Counted from the stretch's first letter, positions 17,582-27,169 are shown. The stretch is DNA of 45,941 nt from Saprospiraceae bacterium (GCA_023300665.1 JALZUU010000374.1:1-45941), one strand, 5' to 3'. Made by a program: numbers and translations. Notes: generated by a model from the sequence alone, not told the origin.

Positions 17582-19089
17582 GAAGGTGATTTTTTATTTC
17601 GTTCTAATGTTGCAATAAATAGTTCCCAGAAGTCTTCGTAAGGAATCGTTTCAATGGTGGTGTTTTTCCAATTTGAATTACTCTCTTTGTGTATCTCTAA
17701 TTTTTTTAAATATGGGGCAGCGTGTCGCTGAACTGCAATTGGGTGGAAGTTATGTTTAGGAATCAGTAGGATCATTCTGAGAAAACAAGTGATCCGAAAA
17801 CTATCTTGTTTTCTTAAATATTTTTGATTGTAAGCTTTGAGATTATCTACTCTGTCAATGATGGCGCCGTGGTCTTTTTTGATTAATAGTAATAAGAATT
17901 GAACGAATAAGATCAAGGTATTTGTTCCTTTTTTATCTTTAGAAAAAGCGGGAAGATCATTGATGAATTTTGTGATTCTGATTTTTGACTTTACCGGATA
18001 AGTGGGTGCTATTTTTTCTAAGGTTACTAGAATATAATATAACATTTCAAAAATGATAAAATGTTCTTTAAAGAAATTGATTGGTGATTTATCAATTTTA
18101 TTATCTTTAAAAAGTTGTAACGCTTCTCCTAAGTATTGGTAACGTTCGGTTGTAAAACATAGGATCGTGTAATAATAAACACAAGATAATTTATTGAAAT
18201 CTGATAAGTTTATGGTTTTAAGTCTAAGAAGAATTAATGCCTTACCTTTTTCAAATTCTTTTAGAGAAACATGCGCTTCCATCATGGCATTATGAAAGAG
18301 TGTTTCTAGGTTTGGAGAATTAAAGGGGACCATCATTTTAAGTCCTTCTTGACAACATTGGATGGTTCCAGGAATATCACGATGAATTAATCGATCATGT
18401 AAGTAAGCGTGGTAGGTGTAATAAATAGTTAATGGAGAATAATCTGTTTTTATGGTTTTAATTTTTTCTAAAGAATCGCTTAAAAATTCTTTTACTTGAT
18501 TGATCTCAGTTTTAGGATTATCAACCAACATAGAATATTCACTATTTATAGTACTTAGTTCTATTTGTACGTTTATAAATTGTTGAAAATATTTTACTTC
18601 ATTGTTATATTGACGAAATTCTTTATGCTGTTTTTGGTTGGCAGCCGTAGCTCTCAAGAGCAAAGATAAGCTCAGACCTGCATGAGGATTAAAAGCTGCT
18701 TTAGCTTTTGAAAGACTGGATTTTGCTAATGAATAAGAAAGCTTTCTTTCCCCTAGTTTAGCTAAAACATTACAAACAATTGATAGCTGATTTGCTAAAA
18801 AATAATCCCTTTGGATCCGTGAGGTAAATATTTTTTCGGGGTCAATTAAAAATAGGCTATACAGTAATCTATTTTGTAAACGGTATTTGAGTCTTTTAAA
18901 ATTTATGTTACTAGCATCTGTTCCATAAAGTGCTTGTGCAGCGCTATCCTCGTCTTCAAAACTACCATCACTAAAGCCTTTGACTAATTTAAAAGTTTTA
19001 GAACCTTTATTGGTAGGCAAACCCGTGTGATCTCGGTAGTGAGTTCGGTGCTTATTTAATACCTTGATTAAATTTTTTAGGATTTCCAT
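17578..19089 (-). CDS. Hypothetical 503-aa protein, judged helical from the sequence, family not recognised
   Basis: Long ORF with no competing frame. Its stop overlaps the start of the amidohydrolase gene by 4 bp (ATGA at 17581-17578). I recognise no catalytic or DNA-binding motif. Confidence 0.7.
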   Translation of the reverse strand: MEILKNLIKVLNKHRTHYRDHTGLPTNKGSKTFKLVKGFSDGSFEDEDSAAQALYGTDASNINFKRLKYRLQNRLLYSLFLIDPEKIFTSRIQRDYFLANQLSIVCNVLAKLGERKLSYSLAKSSLSKAKAAFNPHAGLSLSLLLRATAANQKQHKEFRQYNNEVKYFQQFINVQIELSTINSEYSMLVDNPKTEINQVKEFLSDSLEKIKTIKTDYSPLTIYYTYHAYLHDRLIHRDIPGTIQCCQEGLKMMVPFNSPNLETLFHNAMMEAHVSLKEFEKGKALILLRLKTINLSDFNKLSCVYYYTILCFTTERYQYLGEALQLFKDNKIDKSPINFFKEHFIIFEMLYYILVTLEKIAPTYPVKSKIRITKFINDLPAFSKDKKGTNTLILFVQFLLLLIKKDHGAIIDRVDNLKAYNQKYLRKQDSFRITCFLRMILLIPKHNFHPIAVQRHAAPYLKKLEIHKESNSNWKNTTIETIPYEDFWELFIATLERNKKSPS

Positions 19090-19174
19090 AATCTAATCAA
19101 AGAAACAAAATTTCCTTCAATCAGATAGTATAAATTTCTAGAAAGCTTTTCCCGATAGGGTAGGAGCATCCGTC

Positions 19175-21130
19175 TTAGCTCTGATGTTCGATTGGATTTA
19201 GAATGGCCATTATCCGATTATATAATTCATGTGGTTTGAAGGGTTTTGACAAATAATCATTGATTCCTATTGAAAGACATTTCTCTTCTTCTGGTTGAGA
19301 AGCATTTGCAGTAAGGGCTAAAATAGGAACGGAGCTAGTCGTTCTAATTTTTTGAGAAGCAATTATTCCATTCATGACGGGCATTTGTATATCCATCAGA
19401 ATTATATCGTAATCGTTTTTTTGATGTTTTTCTACCGCTATTTGTCCATTATCAGCAATATCAACCGATACCTGATCTGACCAAGAAGTTAGTACCTTTT
19501 TGGTAGCTAGTTGATTTAAAAAATGATCTTCTACCAATAATATTCGTAGAGCAGAAGTTGGAATATCTCCTTGTATTCTTAGCGGTTGTTTATCAATTTC
19601 TACTGGGATGGTAATTAGGAAAACAGTATTTTCGTTACCTTCAGATTGGAAAGATAAATTACCATTGATAATTTTAATCAACTTAGTGACGATGGCCATA
19701 CCAATGATCCGTTTCTTTTCTTCGTCTTCTTCTGGATTATAGATTTCAAGAATCTTTTCTGCTGCGTGTAAATCTTCAATTTCTTCTTCATCTAACTTTA
19801 ATCCTTCACTCTCTAATGAGAAGATCAATTCGTAATTTTTAGGAGTAATTTTCTGAGCGCTAGCTTTAAAAGACAAACGTTTTTGTTTTTCTGTTTTCGC
19901 AATCAAAAAGTCAATTAGATTATAGAGAATTTGGGTGATCTTTTTAGTATCACTAATGATCTTGTCGGGTATACTTTCATCAATGAGAAAGTTTAAGTCA
20001 ATATTGGCATTATCAGTTCTCATTTTTACGACTCTTTTCATGCTTTCCATGAATGCAAGAATCTCGAAACTCTCTTTTTCAGCTTCAATTTTATCAGAAA
20101 CCAAAACCGAAAAATTCATCAGATTATTAATCATAATCGATAGATCGTCCACGGAGGTCTTTAATCCATCAATTAATTCTGTTTGATCTGGTGAAATCTC
20201 TGTTTTTTCTATTAAAAATAATAGGTTGATGACAGAAGATAAAGGTGTTCTAATATGGAAACTAATATCCGCTAATGCTTCATCTTTTATTCTACCAGCC
20301 TTTGTGTTGATATTCTTTTCAATGATCAACTCTTCTGTTATCTTTTGTCGGGTAATATCTTGTAAAGTACCAGAAAGGAAAAGTTTTTGACGAATTTCAT
20401 CAAAATTCATCTTGGCCTGAATAGAAATATGTTTGATGGAACGCCCTTTAATAATTATTCGATGGGTAAGATGATGAAGTTGACCATCTTTGGCAGCTAA
20501 CTCAAAAAAGTCTTGAACTTTTTCTTTGTCTTCAGGATGCGTATAATTTATATAATCAGAAAGGGTAGGGATCATGCTATTGAGCGGAAATCCGAAAATC
20601 CGAAAAATCTCATCAGCCCATAGCATTTTGTTATCAACAATATTCATTTCCCAATTACCAAAATTTGCCATTTCTTGAGCTTCCACGAATCGTTTCTCAC
20701 TAATAGCTAGCTCTCTAGCTGTGGCCTTGATTTTTTGGTTGTTTGTTACGCGGTGTAATGCGTAGCGGATAGAACGTCCGAGAAGCTTACCATCAAATTG
20801 GCCTTTGACTAGGTAGTCCATCGCACCAGCTTTGATTGCCTGATTACCAATTAACTCGTTATTTGTTCCAGTCATGATAATGACTGGTGTATCGGGACAA
20901 CGTTTTAAAAATGACGTAAGTGTTTTAAACCCGGTAGAATCGGGAAGGGATAAGTCTAGAAGTACCATAGATATTTCCTGATTCTCAATGAGGGTCGCAC
21001 CTTCAAAAAGGGTAGAAACAGTATGTAATTCATATCTTACTGAGGATGACTTCAGCATATTGCTGATCAACCTGACATCACCTGGATTATCTTCAATTAA
21101 TAGAAGATGTAAGGTAGTATTGACATTCAT
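19175..21130 (-). CDS. Hybrid sensor kinase-like protein: REC - PAS - HisKA - degenerate HATPase_c - REC
   Basis: N-terminal REC (LLIEDNPGDVRL, VLLDLSLPD, YLVKG). PAS region (FGNWEMNIV...THPEDKEKV...GTLQDITRQK). H-box ISFHIRTPLSS. C-terminal REC (IILMDIQMPVMNG, YLSKPF). The N, G1 and G2 ATP-binding boxes are not recognisable. Confidence 0.85.
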   Translation of the reverse strand: MNVNTTLHLLLIEDNPGDVRLISNMLKSSSVRYELHTVSTLFEGATLIENQEISMVLLDLSLPDSTGFKTLTSFLKRCPDTPVIIMTGTNNELIGNQAIKAGAMDYLVKGQFDGKLLGRSIRYALHRVTNNQKIKATARELAISEKRFVEAQEMANFGNWEMNIVDNKMLWADEIFRIFGFPLNSMIPTLSDYINYTHPEDKEKVQDFFELAAKDGQLHHLTHRIIIKGRSIKHISIQAKMNFDEIRQKLFLSGTLQDITRQKITEELIIEKNINTKAGRIKDEALADISFHIRTPLSSVINLLFLIEKTEISPDQTELIDGLKTSVDDLSIMINNLMNFSVLVSDKIEAEKESFEILAFMESMKRVVKMRTDNANIDLNFLIDESIPDKIISDTKKITQILYNLIDFLIAKTEKQKRLSFKASAQKITPKNYELIFSLESEGLKLDEEEIEDLHAAEKILEIYNPEEDEEKKRIIGMAIVTKLIKIINGNLSFQSEGNENTVFLITIPVEIDKQPLRIQGDIPTSALRILLVEDHFLNQLATKKVLTSWSDQVSVDIADNGQIAVEKHQKNDYDIILMDIQMPVMNGIIASQKIRTTSSVPILALTANASQPEEEKCLSIGINDYLSKPFKPHELYNRIMAILNPIEHQS

Positions 21131-21179
21131 AAAGTGGAGGCTTTTACTACAGCGTTCTTATTTAGTTTTTTAATAAATT

Positions 21180-21626
21180 CTAAGAGATCATAGAGGGTAA
21201 GATCGCTGTAGTCAGCCAAAAATCCTCAATCTTTTGTATAATGTCAAAGAATTTATCGAAATCGACAGGTTTATTTAAATAACAGTTTACATGTAGGTTA
21301 TAACTCTTAAGTATATCCTGATCTGCATCAGAAGTAGTTAAAACAATAATTGGTATTCTTCGAAGGTTGTCGTCACTTTTTACTTTTTCTAATACTTCTC
21401 GACCATCCATTTTAGGAAGATTCAAATCTAGAAGAATCAAATCTGGACTTTTCTTGTTTTGATATTCCCCTTTTTTATACAGATAATTAATTGCTTCTAC
21501 ACCATCCATCACCACATCTAGGTTCACATTCTTACGACCTTCTTTAAATGCTTCTTGAGTTAATCTGACATCACCAGGGTTATCCTCAATTAAAAGGATT
21601 GTAATGGAACTTTGATTGTCATTCAT
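21180..21626 (-). CDS. Single-domain response regulator (CheY/Rcp1-like)
   Basis: ILLIEDNPGDVRL, LILLDLNLPKMDG, VLTTS and YLNKP carry the full acidic pocket, Thr and Lys. No output domain is present. Confidence 0.9.
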   Translation of the reverse strand: MNDNQSSITILLIEDNPGDVRLTQEAFKEGRKNVNLDVVMDGVEAINYLYKKGEYQNKKSPDLILLDLNLPKMDGREVLEKVKSDDNLRRIPIIVLTTSDADQDILKSYNLHVNCYLNKPVDFDKFFDIIQKIEDFWLTTAILPSMIS

Positions 21627-21638
21627 ATTATTAAATTT

Positions 21639-21646
21639 TATCTTTG
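21639..21646 (+). promoter_or_regulatory. -7 promoter box TATCTTTG upstream of the polyprenyl synthase gene
   Basis: Exact TAnnTTTG match in the divergent intergenic region. No clear -33 element was seen. Confidence 0.3.
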
Positions 21647-21771
21647 ATACGGCACTTTATTAAAGAGGTTGCATAGGATGTATTAATAAGTTTTTTTTAC
21701 TGATCTCATTGGTTAACTTTGCCGGAGTTTTAAACAACTTCTATATTAGAAAACTATCAAAATTCACTTTT

Positions 21772-22746
21772 ATGCTATCAGTTGAGCATCTACAAGAATT
21801 GTTCCTTAAGTATTTAAAAAAAGAACGGTTTCATCAATCTCCTGTAGAATTATATGATCCAGTTAATTACATCCTCCAATTAGGAGGCAAACGCCTACGT
21901 CCTGTATTGTTGTTAATGGGAGCTAATCTTTTCTCAGAAAAAATAGATCACGCCTTGCCAGCGGCTTTAGCAATCGAAATTTTTCATAATTTTAGTTTAG
22001 TTCATGATGATATTATGGATGAAGCTCCGTTACGTCGAGGGCAGCCTACCGTACATATTAAGTATGGCCAAAATGCAGGAATTCTTTCGGGTGATGTGAT
22101 GTTGATCTTAACTTATCAATACCTTAACCAGTTACAGGACCCTAGTCAATTACCGGCTATCTTGAAGATTTTCAATCGTTTAGCAGTAGAAGTTTGCGAA
22201 GGTCAGCAGTATGATATGAATTTTGAAACACAAGAATCAGTTGAAATTGCTGGTTATCTTAAGATGATTGAACTAAAAACTTCCGTTCTAATCGCTGGAG
22301 GACTTAAAATGGGGGCATTGATTGGAGGGGCTGGTGAAAAAGATGCTAATGAGCTTTATGAGTTTGGTCGTAATATTGGAATTGCCTTTCAATTGCAAGA
22401 TGATATTTTGGATACATTCGGAGATCCAGAAAAATTTGGTAAAAAAGTAGGCGGTGATATTGCTCAGAATAAAAAAACCTTTTTATTATTAAGCTCAATG
22501 GAACAGGCAAAAGGCCAAGATAGAGCAAATCTAATGGCAGCACTCTCTCAAACTACTGATCCAACCAAAAAAATTCAAGCAGTAACAAATATTTATCGAA
22601 AGTTAAAGGTAAAAGAACAAGCCACTGAATTAATGGATGATTACCTACAAAAAGCATTTAGCCATCTTGATAAGGTAAAAGTGGAGCCGTCTCGTAAAAA
22701 ATTATTACGAAATCTAGCTAATCAGTTGATGATGAGGGAGATATAA
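21772..22746 (+). CDS. Polyprenyl (geranylgeranyl/farnesyl-type) diphosphate synthase
   Basis: Two Asp-rich motifs are present, LVHDDIMDE and FQLQDDILD, together with GGKRLRP. ATG 21772 gives about 324 aa, typical for the family. The TTG at 21709 was not used. Confidence 0.9.
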   Translation: MLSVEHLQELFLKYLKKERFHQSPVELYDPVNYILQLGGKRLRPVLLLMGANLFSEKIDHALPAALAIEIFHNFSLVHDDIMDEAPLRRGQPTVHIKYGQNAGILSGDVMLILTYQYLNQLQDPSQLPAILKIFNRLAVEVCEGQQYDMNFETQESVEIAGYLKMIELKTSVLIAGGLKMGALIGGAGEKDANELYEFGRNIGIAFQLQDDILDTFGDPEKFGKKVGGDIAQNKKTFLLLSSMEQAKGQDRANLMAALSQTTDPTKKIQAVTNIYRKLKVKEQATELMDDYLQKAFSHLDKVKVEPSRKKLLRNLANQLMMREI

Positions 22747-22922
22747 AAAAGGAGCAACCACATTAATGGTTACCCCTCACACTATGAAACACTATATTTT
22801 TTCGACAAGAGCCGCTATTATTATCTTTTGATTCTACTAAAATATACAATTAAATGCTAATTTCAAAATTTTATAAAAAACCTATAGAGTTGTAAATAAT
22901 GCGTAAATGTACATTGTTGAAT

Positions 22923-23375
22923 TCATTTTTCCAAAAATATTTTTCCAGACCACCAATTTTTTTCAATAATTGCATTATTTTTTATATAAAAATTCAAAGC
23001 TGGTTCATTCCAGTCTAAGACTTGCCATTTGACCATAACCGCTTTCTTTTCTTTGGCTACTGCCAAATAGGCGTCAAATAATAATTGACCAACTCCATTT
23101 TTTCGGTAGGCTTCCCTTACCACAAAGTCTTCTAAATATAACATCTTCCCCTTCCAAGTCGAATAACTCATATAATATATGGTCGTACCAACAACATCTT
23201 CCCCATCAAGTGCTACATTTGCCTCAAATATGCCTGCTTCAAAGTCATTTTGATAATCTTCTAAGGTAGCAGTTACCGCATTTGGTTCTTTTTCATAGAC
23301 TGCTAATTCTTGGACAAGACCATAAATTGCGGCAAGATCTCTTTTTTTTGCTTTTCGGACAGTAATTTCACCCAT
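22923..23375 (-). CDS. GNAT-family N-acetyltransferase (diamine/SSAT-like)
   Basis: At 150 aa, the segment YLEDFVVREAYRKNGVGQLLF corresponds to the acetyl-CoA-binding R/Q-x-x-G-x-G/A motif, and NEPALNFY is also present. Confidence 0.8.
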   Translation of the reverse strand: MGEITVRKAKKRDLAAIYGLVQELAVYEKEPNAVTATLEDYQNDFEAGIFEANVALDGEDVVGTTIYYMSYSTWKGKMLYLEDFVVREAYRKNGVGQLLFDAYLAVAKEKKAVMVKWQVLDWNEPALNFYIKNNAIIEKNWWSGKIFLEK

Positions 23376-23429
23376 AATCGGCCTTTAAAATGTAAAATGA
23401 TATAGCTAAAAAATAAATATAATTTCTCT

Positions 23430-23460
23430 TTTGAATTTCACCTAAATAGTCTTATCTTTG
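23430..23460 (+). promoter_or_regulatory. Bacteroidota-type promoter of the str operon (TTTG-N19-TATCTTTG)
   Basis: The -33 TTTG lies at 23430-23433 and the -7 box at 23453-23460, about 125 nt upstream of the rpsL ATG. Confidence 0.5.
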
Positions 23461-23585
23461 CATTCGTTTTGGAGAGCGGTGGATGATGAAAATCAAAAAA
23501 AACACTTTATCCTTCAAAAAAAACACAATTTACACCTTTCTAATTAAGGTGTTTATAATTCATTAAAAAGAAAAGATTAGACTGT

Positions 23586-23960
23586 ATGCCGACTATTAAT
23601 CAACTTGTACGTAAAGGCAGAAAGAAAATTGTGGAAGCGAGTAAGTCTCGTGCCCTAGATTCTTGTCCTCAAAAACGAGGTGTTTGCACTAGAGTATATA
23701 CTACTACTCCTAAGAAGCCGAACTCTGCCCTTCGTAAAGTAGCTAAGGTTCGTCTTACCAACGGTATTGAGGTTATTGCCTATATCCCTGGTGAAGGTCA
23801 CAATCTACAAGAACACTCAATTGTACTTATCCGTGGAGGTCGTGTAAAAGATCTACCTGGTGTACGTTACACAGTTGTACGTGGTGCATTAGATACCGCC
23901 GGTGTAACGGATCGTCTACAGAGTCGTTCAAAATATGGAACAAAGCGTCCAAAGAAATAA
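23586..23960 (+). CDS. rpsL: 30S ribosomal protein S12
   Basis: [12 protein letters not shown]...[12 protein letters not shown]... Confidence 0.98.
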   Translation: MPTINQLVRKGRKKIVEASKSRALDSCPQKRGVCTRVYTTTPKKPNSALRKVAKVRLTNGIEVIAYIPGEGHNLQEHSIVLIRGGRVKDLPGVRYTVVRGALDTAGVTDRLQSRSKYGTKRPKK

Positions 23961-23992
23961 TAAAATTAGTTATCAGAAATCACGTTTAGCTC

Positions 23993-24460
23993 ATGCGTAA
24001 AAGAAAACCTAAAGTAAGACATATTGCCCCTGATCCTCGATTCGGAGATCCATTGGTAACTCAGTTTGTGAACAACATGATGTTGTCAGGTAAGAAAAGT
24101 ACTGCACTTACTGTATTCTACGAGGCGATGGATATCGTGAAGGAGAAAACTAATGAAGATGAACATGCTGTTTGGAAGAAAGCTTTAAACAATGCAATGC
24201 CTCAAGTGGAAGTACGTAGCCGAAGAATCGGTGGTGCTACTTTCCAAATTCCTACTGAAATTCGTGCTAAACGAAAAATTTCTATCGGAATGAAATGGTT
24301 GATTCGATTTGCTCGTACCCGTAGTGGTAAAGGATTTGCCGAAAAAATGGCAGCAGAGCTAATCGCAGCAAGCAGAGGAGAAGGTGCTGCTGTGAAACGT
24401 AAGGAAGATACGCACAAAATGGCGGAATCTAACCGAGCTTTTGCACACTTTAAAGTTTAA
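23993..24460 (+). CDS. rpsG: 30S ribosomal protein S7
   Basis: DPRFGD..V..F.N..M..GKKS...[16 protein letters not shown]. Confidence 0.98.
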   Translation: MRKRKPKVRHIAPDPRFGDPLVTQFVNNMMLSGKKSTALTVFYEAMDIVKEKTNEDEHAVWKKALNNAMPQVEVRSRRIGGATFQIPTEIRAKRKISIGMKWLIRFARTRSGKGFAEKMAAELIAASRGEGAAVKRKEDTHKMAESNRAFAHFKV

Positions 24461-24511
24461 TAACAGAGATTTATCATCAACAATTTATTATCCTTATAGA
24501 CTAAAAAAATT

Positions 24512-26647
24512 ATGGCTAGAGATCTTAGATTTACGAGAAATATTGGTATTGCCGCACATATTGACGCCGGTAAAACAACTACCACAGAACGAATCCTTTA
24601 TTACACTGGATTGAGTCACAAAATTGGTGAAGTACACGATGGTGCTGCAACCATGGACTGGATGGAGCAAGAGCAGGAAAGAGGTATCACAATTACTTCA
24701 GCAGCGACAAAGACAGAATGGAAGTGGGAAGATCAAATGTATACGGTAAACATTATCGATACGCCTGGTCACGTTGATTTTACAGTTGAAGTTGAGCGTT
24801 CTTTACGTGTATTAGATGGTACCGTTGCATTATTTTGCGCAGTATCTGGTGTAGAACCACAATCTGAAACTGTTTGGCGTCAAGCTAATAGATATAAAGT
24901 ACCTCGTATTGGATTCGTTAATAAAATGGACCGTACAGGAGCTGATTTCTTCGCAGTAGTGAAAGATGTTAGAGATAAATTAGGAGCAAATGCAATTCCT
25001 TTGCAGATTCCTATCGGTGCTGAAGAAAATTTCCGTGGAGTTGTTGATTTGATGACTAACAAAGCCATCATCTGGGACGACGAAACACAAGGAATGACTT
25101 TCAAAGAAATTCCAATTCCTGAAGATTTAACTGAAATCGTTAATACTTCTCGTGCAGAACTAGTGGAAGCTATTGCTGAATATGATGAGAAATTGTTAGA
25201 AAAGTTTTTCGAAGATCCGGATTCAATTACGCTAGAAGAAATGCGTGCAGCTATCCGTCAGGCTACCATCGATATGACTATTTGTCCAATGATGTGTGGT
25301 TCTGCTTTCAAAAATAAAGGAGTACAAGCATTACTAGATGCAGTATGTACTTTCTTACCTTCACCAATGGATATCGAAGCTGTAACTGGAACTCACCCAG
25401 ATACAGAGGAAGAAATTCAACGTAAGCCAAACTCAGAGGAACCATTTGCTGCTTTAGCATTCAAAATTGCCACAGATCCTTTCGTAGGTCGTTTAGCATT
25501 CTTCCGCGTTTATAGTGGAGCATTAGATGCAGGTTCTTACGTATTAAATACACGTTCTGATAATAAAGAGAGAATCTCTCGTATCTATCAGATGCACGCA
25601 AACAAACAAAATCCAGTATCTAGAGTAGAGGCAGGAGATATCGCAGCAGGTGTTGGATTTAAAGATATTCGTACTGGAGATACACTTTGTGATCTTAAAA
25701 ATCCGATCATTCTAGAAAGTATGACTTTCCCTGATCCTGTAATCGGAATCGCAATTGAGCCTAAAACTCAAAGTGATGTAGAAAGATTAGGTATGGCACT
25801 CGGTAAACTTGCCGAAGAAGATCCTACTTTCAAAGTACGATACGACGAAGATACTAACCAAACTGTAATTAGCGGAATGGGAGAGTTACACCTCGAAATT
25901 ATCGTGGATCGCCTAAAAAGAGAATTCAAAGTAGAATGTAACCAAGGTGCGCCTCAGGTTAACTACAAAGAAGCACTTACAGAAACCGTTGATCACCGTG
26001 AACGTCTAAAGAAGCAAACGGGTGGTTCTGGTCTTTTCGCTGATATTCAGTTTGAATTAGGACCAGCAGATAAGGAATTCCTTGAAAGCGAAGACTTCAA
26101 AAACGGAAAAGTACAATTACAATTTGTTAACAATATCACCGGTGGATCTATTCCTAAGGAATTGTTGGCTCCAACTGAAAAGGGTTTCAAAGCCATGATG
26201 AAGAATGGTATCTTAGCAGGATACAATATTGATAGCATGAAAGTGCGTGTTTACGATGGTTCTATTCACCAAGTGGATTCTAAACCAATCGCATTCGAAC
26301 TTTGTGCAAAAGAAGGTTTCAAAGCAGCAGCTCACAAAGCAAAACCTGTTTTATTGGAGCCAATCATGAAACTAGAAGTAGTAACTCCAGAAGATTATGT
26401 AGGATCTGTTATCGGTGACCTTAACCGTCGTCGTGGAATCCCTACCGGTCAGGAACCACGTCCAGGTGGTGCAGTAGCCATTCAGGCAACCGTACCTTTA
26501 GCAGAAATGTTCGGTTACGTAACTACTTTAAGAACGATTACATCAGGTCGTGCTTCTTCCACTATGGAATTTGCCAGCTACGAAGCAGCTCCTAAGAGTA
26601 TTGCTGAAGAAGTAATCGAAAAAGCAAAAGGCGCAGTTAACTCATAG
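24512..26647 (+). CDS. fusA: Elongation factor G
   Basis: [29 protein letters not shown] and NKMDR form the GTPase motifs. At 711 aa, the protein sits after rpsG. Confidence 0.98.
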   Translation: MARDLRFTRNIGIAAHIDAGKTTTTERILYYTGLSHKIGEVHDGAATMDWMEQEQERGITITSAATKTEWKWEDQMYTVNIIDTPGHVDFTVEVERSLRVLDGTVALFCAVSGVEPQSETVWRQANRYKVPRIGFVNKMDRTGADFFAVVKDVRDKLGANAIPLQIPIGAEENFRGVVDLMTNKAIIWDDETQGMTFKEIPIPEDLTEIVNTSRAELVEAIAEYDEKLLEKFFEDPDSITLEEMRAAIRQATIDMTICPMMCGSAFKNKGVQALLDAVCTFLPSPMDIEAVTGTHPDTEEEIQRKPNSEEPFAALAFKIATDPFVGRLAFFRVYSGALDAGSYVLNTRSDNKERISRIYQMHANKQNPVSRVEAGDIAAGVGFKDIRTGDTLCDLKNPIILESMTFPDPVIGIAIEPKTQSDVERLGMALGKLAEEDPTFKVRYDEDTNQTVISGMGELHLEIIVDRLKREFKVECNQGAPQVNYKEALTETVDHRERLKKQTGGSGLFADIQFELGPADKEFLESEDFKNGKVQLQFVNNITGGSIPKELLAPTEKGFKAMMKNGILAGYNIDSMKVRVYDGSIHQVDSKPIAFELCAKEGFKAAAHKAKPVLLEPIMKLEVVTPEDYVGSVIGDLNRRRGIPTGQEPRPGGAVAIQATVPLAEMFGYVTTLRTITSGRASSTMEFASYEAAPKSIAEEVIEKAKGAVNS

Positions 26648-26680
26648 TTAACTTTCCTTTTTTAAAAATTGAAAAGAAAC

Positions 26681-26710
26681 GTTGCCGGTCGATTCCGGTC
26701 TGCCGGCAAC
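26681..26710 (+). terminator. GC-rich hairpin between fusA and rpsJ (possible attenuator or partial terminator)
   Basis: GTTGCCGG-N14-CCGGCAAC is a perfect 8-bp stem. CCGG occurs three times, and ATTATATTTTATTT follows. Confidence 0.35.
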
Positions 26711-26741
26711 TATTATATTTTATTTAACATCCAACAGGGTA

Positions 26742-27050
26742 ATGAATCAAAAAATCAGAATCAAACTCCGATCTTACGACCACAATTTAGTTGATAAGTC
26801 AACTGAAAAAATTGTTAAGACTGTAAGAAATAGTGGAGCTGTAGTGACTGGACCGATTCCGCTGCCAACCGAGAAGAAAATCTTCACTGTACTGCGGTCC
26901 CCGCACGTCAACAAGAAATCTCGCGAGCAGTTTCAGTTACGCACCCACAAGAGATTAATCGAAATCTACACGCCTACGCAGAAAACCGTAGACGCATTAT
27001 CTAAGCTAGAATTGCCTAGTGGTGTAGATATACAGGTAAAGTTGACATAA
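26742..27050 (+). CDS. rpsJ: 30S ribosomal protein S10
   Basis: [16 protein letters not shown]... gives 102 aa from ATG 26742. The TTG extension at 26682 in the ORF track runs through the hairpin. Confidence 0.97.
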   Translation: MNQKIRIKLRSYDHNLVDKSTEKIVKTVRNSGAVVTGPIPLPTEKKIFTVLRSPHVNKKSREQFQLRTHKRLIEIYTPTQKTVDALSKLELPSGVDIQVKLT

Positions 27051-27161
27051 ACTTTCAAAGAAAAAATAATTAACGAGGCGTTATTTATAGCTCCTCAATT
27101 ATAAAAAAAGTGTACCAGTACTGAACTAGCTATTTTTAGCTAAAAAGTATCGAAAATTAAG

Positions 27162-27169
27162 TATCTTCG
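27162..27169 (+). promoter_or_regulatory. Near-consensus -7 box TATCTTCG in the rpsJ-rplC spacer
   Basis: One mismatch to TAnnTTTG. It lies 83 nt upstream of the rplC start. Confidence 0.2.

Noticed and set aside
23483-23572. A 29-codon uORF (MMKIKKNTLSFKKNT...) in the rpsL 5' leader.
   Set aside because: It is an A-rich, low-complexity peptide with no known precedent or conservation evidence available here. It most likely arises by chance from A-tracts in the leader.
26682-26741. N-terminal extensions in the ORF track, mostly TTG-initiated, were considered for rpsJ (26682), rplD (27916), rplW (28532), rplX (32700), rplR (34890), rpoA (40850), nqrB (7982), the metalloprotease gene (13213) and the polyprenyl synthase gene (21709).
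   Set aside because: In each case an internal ATG reproduces the canonical family N-terminus and length. The extensions overlap the upstream gene or a terminator hairpin and encode non-conserved sequence.
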